Source: an uncultured Gemmatimonadaceae bacterium
GTDB lineage: Bacteria > Gemmatimonadota > Gemmatimonadetes > Gemmatimonadales > Gemmatimonadaceae
Direction of reading: 5' to 3'
NCBI GenBank assembly: GCA_963781585.1
Contig: CAWAGQ010000007.1
Coordinates: forward strand, 352,001 to 416,000
DNA: 64,000 nt
Under the pieces are notes generated by a model that did no database searches, had not been told where the DNA came from, and worked only from the letters and a program-made list of their open reading frames with translations. The translations under genes and the position numbers were made by a program. Shown here one piece after another: positions 56,801-64,000 of this stretch. The stretch's first letter is position 1. Each line of letters starts with the position of its first letter.

Positions 56801-58477
56801 GTGGCCTCATCACCTGGGCACCCGGCGTCCATTCGAGCACACCTCCTCGGCATCATCCTGATCGGGGCGATCCTTCCGCTCGCACTGACCGGCTTCTGGT
56901 TGACGCGGAGCGGGGTTCGGTCGGGGGAGACGCTGCTCGACGATCAACTCGCCACCTCGCTGGTGAACGTCAAGCACGCGATCACCGCCCGCTGGGAGTA
57001 TCGCCGCAGCGACCTGCTGCTCCTGGCCGACAACGAAGACGCCCGTCGGGCGCTTTCTTCCGGTCTTGTCACGTCCAGTGAAGCGGAATACTTCGCGCGA
57101 CTCCAATCGTCCATCGCGCACGGCATCGCGCGGTTCATCTATCGCGATCGTGCCGGACGGGACCTCTACACTTCGGTGCGGCCCGCGTCGACGCGCGGTG
57201 TGACGAGTGACAGCTCCGGCGCGCGTGCCGCGCGTGACACTTCCACGGGCATGCCTCGCCAGACAGTGCACATGAATCTCCCGGTTCGGGACGGGGAGAC
57301 TCTCGTCGGTACCGTGGAGGCCGAGGTGTACCTGGATACCGTCGTCCCGTCTGACTCCGCCCGGCTACTCCTGCCTGGTTCGGCGCTGGCGGTCCGTGAT
57401 CATGCGACCGGAGCCGTCCTGCTTCCCCTGGTTGGAGAGGTGGGGTTTCCGGGAGCGCATCGAGTTGCCGTCAACGGCGCGTCATGGATGATGCGGGTCG
57501 ACAGTCTGGCAGATCCTGCGTTCGACCTGGCGGTCGGGGCGCCGCTGGCGCCGTACGTAACCCCGTTCGAGAAGGCCGGGCGAATCGGGCTGGCCGTACT
57601 GTTCGCGGTAGCGTTCCTTGCGTTGCTGTTGAGCAGCGCTCTCACGGATCGCCTGGCCCGCTCGTCCGGTGCGCTCGTGGACGCCGCCAACGCGGTTGCC
57701 GGCGGAGATCTTACGCGCCAGGCAGAGCTGACGGGCCCCAGAGAGTTTCATCGACTGGCGGGATCGTTCAACACGATGACCGAAAGTCTTCGCCGCCTGG
57801 TGGCGGAGCTGTCGCAGCGCCGGGCCCTCGCGGCGGTGGGCGAGTTCGCTGCCTCGCTTTCGCACGAGGTCCGCAACGCGCTGACGTCGGTCCAGATCGA
57901 TCTGGAGCGGGTCGATGAGCGAACCGAAGACGCGAAGAATCGCGACCTGGTCGCGAGGGCGCTCGTGCACGTGCGACGACTCGACGCGGCCGTGACCGGC
58001 TCGCTGCGCATCGCGCGGAGCGGCAACCTCACGGCGCAGAAAGTGAACCTGCGCGACGTGCTGCGTGAGGCGATCCGGATCGCGGAGCCGAGCTTCACGA
58101 GCAGCTCCACGCGCCTGACGACGAACGGGTGCGATCCGGATTTCACCGTCCGCGGGGATCCAGATGCCCTGCATCAGTTGTTCCTGAATCTGCTGCTCAA
58201 CGCCCAACAGGCGCTGTCCCCCGGTGGCGAGACAACCGTATCGGCTCGGACGGCCGGCGACCGGGTCGTGGTGTCGATAGCCGACTCCGGGTCCGGCATG
58301 AACAGCGAGCAGGTCGCCCGGGCCTTTGATCCCTACTACAGCACGCGCCCCAAGGGCACAGGACTGGGCTTACCGATCGCGCTTCGGATTGCGGCCGCTC
58401 ATGGTGGAGAATTGACCCTCCACAGCGCGCCGGGAATTGGAACCACGGTCGAGGTGTCCCTTCCGGCCACCTCGTAG
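56801..58477 (+). CDS. Sensor histidine kinase (TM-sensor-TM-HAMP-HisKA-HATPase)
   Basis: SHEVRNAL, NLLLNA, DSGSG, FDPYYST and GTGLGL motifs. Confidence 0.93.
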   Translation: MASSPGHPASIRAHLLGIILIGAILPLALTGFWLTRSGVRSGETLLDDQLATSLVNVKHAITARWEYRRSDLLLLADNEDARRALSSGLVTSSEAEYFARLQSSIAHGIARFIYRDRAGRDLYTSVRPASTRGVTSDSSGARAARDTSTGMPRQTVHMNLPVRDGETLVGTVEAEVYLDTVVPSDSARLLLPGSALAVRDHATGAVLLPLVGEVGFPGAHRVAVNGASWMMRVDSLADPAFDLAVGAPLAPYVTPFEKAGRIGLAVLFAVAFLALLLSSALTDRLARSSGALVDAANAVAGGDLTRQAELTGPREFHRLAGSFNTMTESLRRLVAELSQRRALAAVGEFAASLSHEVRNALTSVQIDLERVDERTEDAKNRDLVARALVHVRRLDAAVTGSLRIARSGNLTAQKVNLRDVLREAIRIAEPSFTSSSTRLTTNGCDPDFTVRGDPDALHQLFLNLLLNAQQALSPGGETTVSARTAGDRVVVSIADSGSGMNSEQVARAFDPYYSTRPKGTGLGLPIALRIAAAHGGELTLHSAPGIGTTVEVSLPATS

Positions 58478-58529
58478 CGCCTTATGCAGGAGGCCGAACG
58501 CGAGGAGACGCAGGCGGTGTTGCTCGAGA

Positions 58530-58650
58530 TTAGATGCTCCGCGCCTTGGCCAGTTGCGTGATGCGGTCGGCGGCGCGGACGGCCAGCGCCTGAATGGTCA
58601 TCGTTGACGCAGTGCCAGACGTAACGCGGCGGCCGCCGTCGTTACACCTC
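58530..58650 (-). pseudogene. Relic C-terminus of a GMC oxidoreductase
   Basis: Reads ...DGGRRVTSGTASTMTIQALAVRAADRITQLAKARSI*, resembling the GMC terminal D-x-S-x-x-x-T-S-G-x-x-x-P-T-x-T-I-Q-A-L-A-x-R-A-A motif; no upstream gene body. Confidence 0.5.
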
Positions 58651-58775
58651 AGCTCGGGGGGTTCCTGATTCGGCTGGCGAGCTGCCGAAATTCCTCCCGG
58701 CACCTCGATGCGCGCACTGTCACAGATTGGAATCCTTGAGCGTTCCTTGGCTACCCGTCCGCCGAGGCATCCCCG

Positions 58776-60508
58776 ATGGCAGCACCCCGACAGGTGGTCG
58801 CGACCCTCACGGGGCTGATCGTCTGTGTCACGGCCACGGCGGCTGCTGCGCAGCAGATCGGGCGCACATCTGCCGACACCGCGGGTACTGCGCGCATCGC
58901 GGGGGAGGTCGTCGACGCCACGTCTGGCGGCCCGGTATCCCAGGTGCAGGTGATTCTCCGGGGAACTCCGCTCCGGACCTACACGGATCTCAAGGGGGCC
59001 TTCCTGTTTCGGCCTGTGGCGCCTGGGCGCTACGCCGTCGAAGCACGACGTATCGGCGATGAGCCCGCAATTCGCGAAGACATTCTGGTCGCTGCGGGAG
59101 AGAGCACGACGGTCGCCCTCACCATGCGGCCGTCCGCCTTCCGGCTCGACGCGCTCACGGTCGTTCCAGGTGCGTTCTCCTTTTTCGATGCCGGACCCAC
59201 GCGCAGCCAGACGATGTCGCGGGCCGACATCGAAATGGCGCCATTCGGCGAGGATCTCTTTCGCGCGCTCGATCGATTGCCCGGACTTGCCTCCGGCGAC
59301 TATGGGGCGCAGTTCTCCATTCGGGGCGGCCGGCGCGACGAGACCCTCATTCTCCTCGATGGTCTCGAAATCTACGAACCCTTTCACCTGAAAGACTTTG
59401 ACGAAGGCGCCCTGAGTATCATCGACGTCGAAGCGATTGACGTGGTGGAATTGCTCACAGGCGGCTTCCCCGCACGCTACGGAGACAAACGTAGCGGCGT
59501 GATGAACATCTCGTCGAGAGCGCCACGCGAAGACGGTACCCACCTCACGTTCGGGGCGAGCTTCAGCAATGCGCACGCCCTGGGGGAGGGCACCTTCGCC
59601 AACCGCAAGGGGTCCTGGCTTCTCTCAGGCCGCCGCGGCTTCGTCGACCTGCTCCTCCGCCTCATCAACAAGAAGGAAACGCAGGCGCCCTCGTAGGGGG
59701 ACGTCTTCGGCACGGTGCGCTACCGGATTCATCCGAAACACGCCCTGGCGTTGAACGTGCTCCACGCCAGCGACCGGTACCGTTTCAGCGTCAACAGTAC
59801 CACCGGGTTCAACGACACCATTCCTACCGCAAGGCCGGCTCGCGATTGCGGCCCATTCTCCGGAACTGGAAGGGCGGACTGAACGTCTTCCCCGAATCGG
59901 CAGAGGATCGCATTCTCGTGTATCCTGACTCGTCGACGTCGAAGGGTGTGGAGCTCTACTACGAGGGCCGCATCGGCGACAGGGTCAAGCTGCGAGCTGG
60001 ATACGCGCTGTCGTTCGTGGAAGAGCACGTGACTGGTGTGGTCGCGGTGAACGACCCGCTGAAGCCACTCGTGGACTCGACACATCCAGCGCCGGAAGAT
60101 CAGCGGCACGCCCTCAATCTGGACGTGATCTACCGCGCCTCAGCGAACTGGACGATCACCGGGGCCTTCACCTTTCACAGCGGCCGGCCGTTCACGGATG
60201 AATACGGGGTGCCCGTCCGGAAGCGAAATGGCATGATGGACCTCTCGGTGAGGCCTGACACGCTCTACGGAGGTCGCCTTCCGTCGTATCAACGAGTCGA
60301 CCTTCGTGTGACGCGGCGCAGGCAGTCCCAGAACGGGGATTTTCGCTTCTTCTTCGAGGTGATCAACGTGGCGAATCATGCAAACGTGCTGGGCTACGAT
60401 GTGTTCACAGTTCGCGACGCAAGCGGGACGATTCGCCTGCAACGAGACACCGAAACCTGGTTCTCGATTCTGCCGTCACTCGGAGTGAGCTGGAGCAGGC
60501 GATTCTAG
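58776..60508 (+). pseudogene. TonB-dependent receptor pseudogene
   Basis: Signal peptide, carboxypeptidase-regulatory-like domain and plug (IRGG...LDG...GGFPARYGD..SGV); in-frame TAG at 59694-59696 with the frame continuing (GDVFGTVRY...); then a jump into a barrel C-terminus (59846-60508, RLPSYQRVDLR...terminal F); too short for a full barrel. Confidence 0.8.
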
Positions 60509-60544
60509 ATTCCGCCAATGCAACCCGTGGCCGAGACCCCCCGG

Positions 60545-61363
60545 TCAGCGGATCCAGATGGTCACGCCGGGACGGATCTGCAGCGCTGCATTGTTGTCGT
60601 AGCTGACACCGAACGAAATCCGCGCTGTGCGGCCGAAGTACCGCGCCAGCCCGAGCGATCCGACGCTCTCCGCTCCCGCTGCTTCCGGCACTGGCGCCCC
60701 GCTTCCAATCACATCACCATTCTCCCCCTCCGGTGCTGCTGCGGTGGTGGCCAGCACCTCGCCGTACAATGACACGTTTGGCGTCGCATGGAACTCCGTG
60801 GCGAGGGCGAAGCCGGTGACGTTGCGGAGGTGTACGCCGGGCGGCGATCCCAGGAGCGAGTAGCTCAGGTTTGCGTGCACGTCGAATGCACCCGCGCGTT
60901 TGCTGGCGATGAAGTACCCTGTGTAGTCGGCTCGCCCCGTGCCAATGAGGGCATCGTGAGCTGTGGGAACCTTCACTTCGGCCGCGAAGCCGAAGGCCGG
61001 AATGCCGTGGGACTCGGCACGCAGGAGCGCGGTGAGAGTGACCTCGATATCGCCGGCCCCGCGCGCTCGCCGTCCCGACTTCGGCAGGATGGCCGTGTAC
61101 GGGACCGGCTCCACCAGCGCCTCTAGCCAATCGGTCAGGCCGTATTCGATGGCGAATGGCATCGCGACCTCCCGGCCCTCGCTCGACGTCTGCAGCTCGT
61201 ATCCGATGTCAACCTGGTAGTGGCGGGCGCCCAACGAAGGTGCCGTTTCCGTCTCCAGCATCTGGGCTCCAGTGCCGACCGGACAGAATGCAAGCGGCAA
61301 CGCAAGCAGAAGACGGTAACCTCGCATGGCGCACAACCGGTGACTGCTCGCCGAGTGCCACAT
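60545..61363 (-). CDS. Outer-membrane beta-barrel transporter-like protein (MetA-pathway-like)
   Basis: AGGAG RBS before ATG 61363; signal peptide; EYGLTD, GAGDIE, EVKVPTA and GTGRADY motifs; amphipathic strands. Confidence 0.7.
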   Translation of the reverse strand: MWHSASSHRLCAMRGYRLLLALPLAFCPVGTGAQMLETETAPSLGARHYQVDIGYELQTSSEGREVAMPFAIEYGLTDWLEALVEPVPYTAILPKSGRRARGAGDIEVTLTALLRAESHGIPAFGFAAEVKVPTAHDALIGTGRADYTGYFIASKRAGAFDVHANLSYSLLGSPPGVHLRNVTGFALATEFHATPNVSLYGEVLATTAAAPEGENGDVIGSGAPVPEAAGAESVGSLGLARYFGRTARISFGVSYDNNAALQIRPGVTIWIR

Positions 61364-61440
61364 GTTGTCTCCTGAGAATAGTGTCGAAGTCCGTGATGTC
61401 GCCGCGCTGTATCTCGCCGGTCCCGACGGCTGCCCGGCGC

Positions 61441-61563
61441 TCATTCGGGCTCGACGATGAGGCTACTCATGGCGAAGCGCCTCGATCGGATCCTGAGGAG
61501 TGATCGCATCTTGTTCGCGTGAAGCTCACGCAGTGCGACGCGCACGGTTTCACCGATCAGCAT
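61441..61563 (-). pseudogene. N-terminal relic of a MacB-type ABC permease
   Basis: MLIGETVRVALRELHANKMRSLL matches the typical MacB permease start (A-L-x-x-L-x-A-N-K-x-R-S-x-L), then loses the TM helix and stops at codon 41. Confidence 0.6.
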
Positions 61564-61653
61564 CGGGAAGTTGGCCACCGTGAGGCGACCTTCGTGGCTG
61601 CAAGGCGCGAGTCGGCGGTGTCTCGCTCGTCGGGCGCCGGATCGACGTTCGTC

Positions 61654-62043
61654 CTAGCGCGGTGGCTTCTTGGCCTTCGGCTTGGTGCCCTTTTCCTCGG
61701 CCGCTTTCTCCTTCGCTTCGGCCGCGGGCGACTCGTGCTCGACCTTGCCGACCGGCTTGCCCGTGATCGCATCGATGTTCACCTCGTCGATGCCGGTTCG
61801 GCCCGGCGTCTTGAAGTCGAACGAGTAAATCAACTTGCCGCCTTCCTCCTCGATTTCGGCGCTGTCCAGCTTGCCCTTCGGTACCCGGGCCTGCGCCGTG
61901 GCGATCGCGGCGTCGGAGGTCACTTTCGCCTTGGCCAGCAGCCCGGGTTTGGTCTCTTTGACCGTTACCTGCGGGGCCTGGGCCGTCAGGGGAGCAGTGA
62001 GGGTGAAGGCGAGTGAAATGAGAGTCAAGTGGAAGCGATGCAT
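61654..62043 (-). CDS. PepSY domain secreted protein
   Basis: AAGGAG RBS; signal peptide; AKVTSDAAIATA...EIEEEGGKLIYSF...EVNIDAITGK. Confidence 0.85.
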   Translation of the reverse strand: MHRFHLTLISLAFTLTAPLTAQAPQVTVKETKPGLLAKAKVTSDAAIATAQARVPKGKLDSAEIEEEGGKLIYSFDFKTPGRTGIDEVNIDAITGKPVGKVEHESPAAEAKEKAAEEKGTKPKAKKPPR

Positions 62044-62151
62044 GTTTCTCCTTGCTGATGTCGTCGTGGTTGCGGAAATCTCGCGCGACGTTGCTGTCGC
62101 GACGATGACAGGTCCGCGTCGGCGGGCAACACGGCGCTTGACGGGGTGCCG

Positions 62152-62694
62152 TCACGATCGGGGTGTCTCGTGATCCGTGAGCACGGGCAGATACGTCACC
62201 CACGGGCCAACCGCATCCCGGTACTGCTTCGCCATCACCCGCGCCACCTGGGCGATGTGCCCCAGGTCGTGAACGACCCACGCGGCCACGAGCTGGCGGA
62301 GCGTGACCGGACCCAGTCCCGGATGCTGCCCGGGCAGGTCGAGGGTCGCGGCGGTCAGATCCCAGGACCGGAGCAGCACGAGGTTGCGCTCGCGCAGATC
62401 GGCGAACTCCGCGAGCAGCGCTTCCAGCGTGCGTCCCATGTTACGCGTCCGATGTCGGAAGCGGTCGTAGGGCTCGAATCGCGGATCGGGCCCCTTTGCC
62501 AGGATGATCCGCGCTCGCGGAATCCAGTCGGTCTCTTCACCATCGATCAGGTGACCGACCACATCGAACGCGCTGAAGGTGTCGGGTCCCTCGGTACCCC
62601 GAGCCCACGCCGCGTCGACGCCGTCGAGAAGCGCCCGCAGAGTGGCCGGCGTCCGTGCGAGGATGTCGAGGGAGAGATCGACGCTGAATTCCAT
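62152..62694 (-). CDS. DinB/YfiT family protein
   Basis: LARTPATLRALL, FDVVGHL..GEETDWIPR and WVVHDLGH motifs. Confidence 0.88.
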   Translation of the reverse strand: MEFSVDLSLDILARTPATLRALLDGVDAAWARGTEGPDTFSAFDVVGHLIDGEETDWIPRARIILAKGPDPRFEPYDRFRHRTRNMGRTLEALLAEFADLRERNLVLLRSWDLTAATLDLPGQHPGLGPVTLRQLVAAWVVHDLGHIAQVARVMAKQYRDAVGPWVTYLPVLTDHETPRS

Positions 62695-63021
62695 GATCCT
62701 CTCGCGCTGGCCTAACGGTGAAATGCTCCGACGCCACAATCTCACCGCGGCCCCGGGCACTGATCAAGGAGCGGCAAGGTCGCGACTCGTGACGGCCGTA
62801 TCCATATCAGGAATGCGATGCCGGGGTGGGATTGCCTGCTCGTGACCAACACCACCGGCGACCCCAATTACGCCAACTGGGCACCTACAACCACCGGCGA
62901 CGCGCAATGGTGGCGCCGAGGCGCTTGCGCAACCGCGGCCACGGAAACACTACAGTGGTAGCGCCGTCGCCCGGCGGGGGGACGGGTCGGCCGGGGATCG
63001 ACGTATCAGGAGGATCGACGC

Positions 63022-63660
63022 ATGTCTGACGAATTCATCTGTGACACCCGCGAAGTACGCCGCTTCATCGGCACCGTGCAGGAGATCATCGCTACTATCA
63101 CCTCCTATCGCGATCGCCTGTCCGCGATTCGTCCGCACTTCAGCGCGATGCTGGCGGATTCGCGGTGGCTGCCTGAAGAATTCCGCCGCACCGTGGGGGA
63201 GGGCGGCATGGGGAAAGGCATCGCCAACTGGCTTCTTTATCGCGATACCGAAGGCACCCTCTCGCTGTCGGCCCTGGTGCTGTCGCCCGGCGTCGTCACA
63301 CCGGTGCACGATCATCTGGCCTGGGGACTGGTGGGGCTCTATGCCGGCACGCAGAACGAGGAGGTCTATGAACCGGCGGCCCCGATCCGCGGGGAGGTCA
63401 CGCATGCCGACCTGAGACTGGCCGCTACGAATCACCTCGAGGTCGGCTCGTTCTACGAACTGGTCCCGCCGGCGGGGGACATTCACCGCGTAGTCACCAC
63501 CAGCGCCGAACCGTCCATCTCGCTACACCTGCTCGGTAACGATGTGGGATGCGTGCTGCGGCACCGGTTCGAACCCGAGACCGGCGATGTAGCGCCATTC
63601 CGCTCAGGTTATTCGAACAAGGACTGCGAGGAGGAGGGGGCGGGCGCGGCCGCGCCGTGA
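63022..63660 (+). CDS. Cysteine dioxygenase-like cupin
   Basis: AGGAGG RBS; TPVHDH.AWG, GDIHRV and SISLHLLG motifs. Confidence 0.85.
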   Translation: MSDEFICDTREVRRFIGTVQEIIATITSYRDRLSAIRPHFSAMLADSRWLPEEFRRTVGEGGMGKGIANWLLYRDTEGTLSLSALVLSPGVVTPVHDHLAWGLVGLYAGTQNEEVYEPAAPIRGEVTHADLRLAATNHLEVGSFYELVPPAGDIHRVVTTSAEPSISLHLLGNDVGCVLRHRFEPETGDVAPFRSGYSNKDCEEEGAGAAAP

Positions 63661-63693
63661 TCTCGCCGCCACGGTGTTCAGGGGCCCGCCGGA

Positions 63694-64000
63694 TCAGAAG
63701 ATCGCGATCGGCACCGAAACGCCGCTCGCGAACTTGTTGCTCTTCAGTCCCGAGAGCTTGCCGGCGTTGAAGGTGACGATGCCGTAATGCTCGTCGCTGA
63801 TCCGGTTGGCGGTGATCACCGTGTGGGGGATCGGAATCACCGCGCTGAACACGCTGATGGCCGTGGGCGCGTCGTCGACCGGATTGTCGTCGTCGATTCC
63901 GTTGCCGGACAGCGTGTTGTTGGTGAGGACGTTCTGATCCACGTACTGCGCCGGCGTGTGGCTGTGGATCATCAGGCCGGCGAAGCCGTTGTTCATCGCG
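63694..64000 (-). CDS. C-terminal part of a parallel beta-helix repeat protein (starts beyond the window)
   Basis: Asn/Gly-rich repeats NNGFAGL, NVLTNNTLSGNG, ITANRIS. Confidence 0.6.
   Translation of the reverse strand, partial: AMNNGFAGLMIHSHTPAQYVDQNVLTNNTLSGNGIDDDNPVDDAPTAISVFSAVIPIPHTVITANRISDEHYGIVTFNAGKLSGLKSNKFASGVSVPIAIF

Noticed and set aside
58697..58713. Sigma54 promoter (CGGCACCTCGATGC) for the TonB receptor
   Set aside because: GG-to-GC spacing is 9 nt, not the required 10.
29694..59696. Amber recoding or pyrrolysine use suggested by two in-frame TAG codons
   Set aside because: Many intact genes here end in TAG (for example at 1339, 7265, 30426, 43405 and 56800), no pyl genes are visible, and the receptor has other lesions.

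Overview
A GC-rich bacterial chromosomal segment. The repeated PadR/ADOP permease pairs, the Ser/Thr kinase plus PD40 genes, the TonB-C lipoprotein and the HEAT/HD-GYP pair suggest Gemmatimonadota, which is an inference. From left to right: (1) the end of a biosynthetic operon with two uncharacterised proteins, a single-module type I PKS (KS-AT-KR-ACP followed by a C-terminal methyltransferase, no thioesterase) and a PPTase; (2) a multi-PASTA membrane protein with a partner gene, and a membrane gene with integron-cassette-like ends; (3) a ROK kinase, three PadR-ADOP permease operons with visible upstream operator-like repeats, an ECF sigma/Ser-Thr kinase pair, a cyclase lipoprotein, an mpl-AAC(6')-like GNAT-phosphoesterase operon and a HEAT/HD-GYP pair; (4) a defence block of about 16 kb: XRE-ImmA/IrrE metallopeptidase, PIN-like toxin and an MNT relic directly upstream of a complete Myxococcus-type (Cmx8/DevR/DevS) type I CRISPR-Cas operon (cas6-cas3-cas8 with a likely hidden internal cas11-cas7-cas5-cas4/cas1-cas2), then an array of 78 repeats and 77 spacers (manual count); (5) a kinase, two PD40 propellers, a sigma54 two-component system, a decayed TonB-dependent receptor and several small genes and gene relics. 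Some frameshifts and nonsense codons could be real decay or sequencing error. All assignments come from motif recognition by eye; no searches were run.
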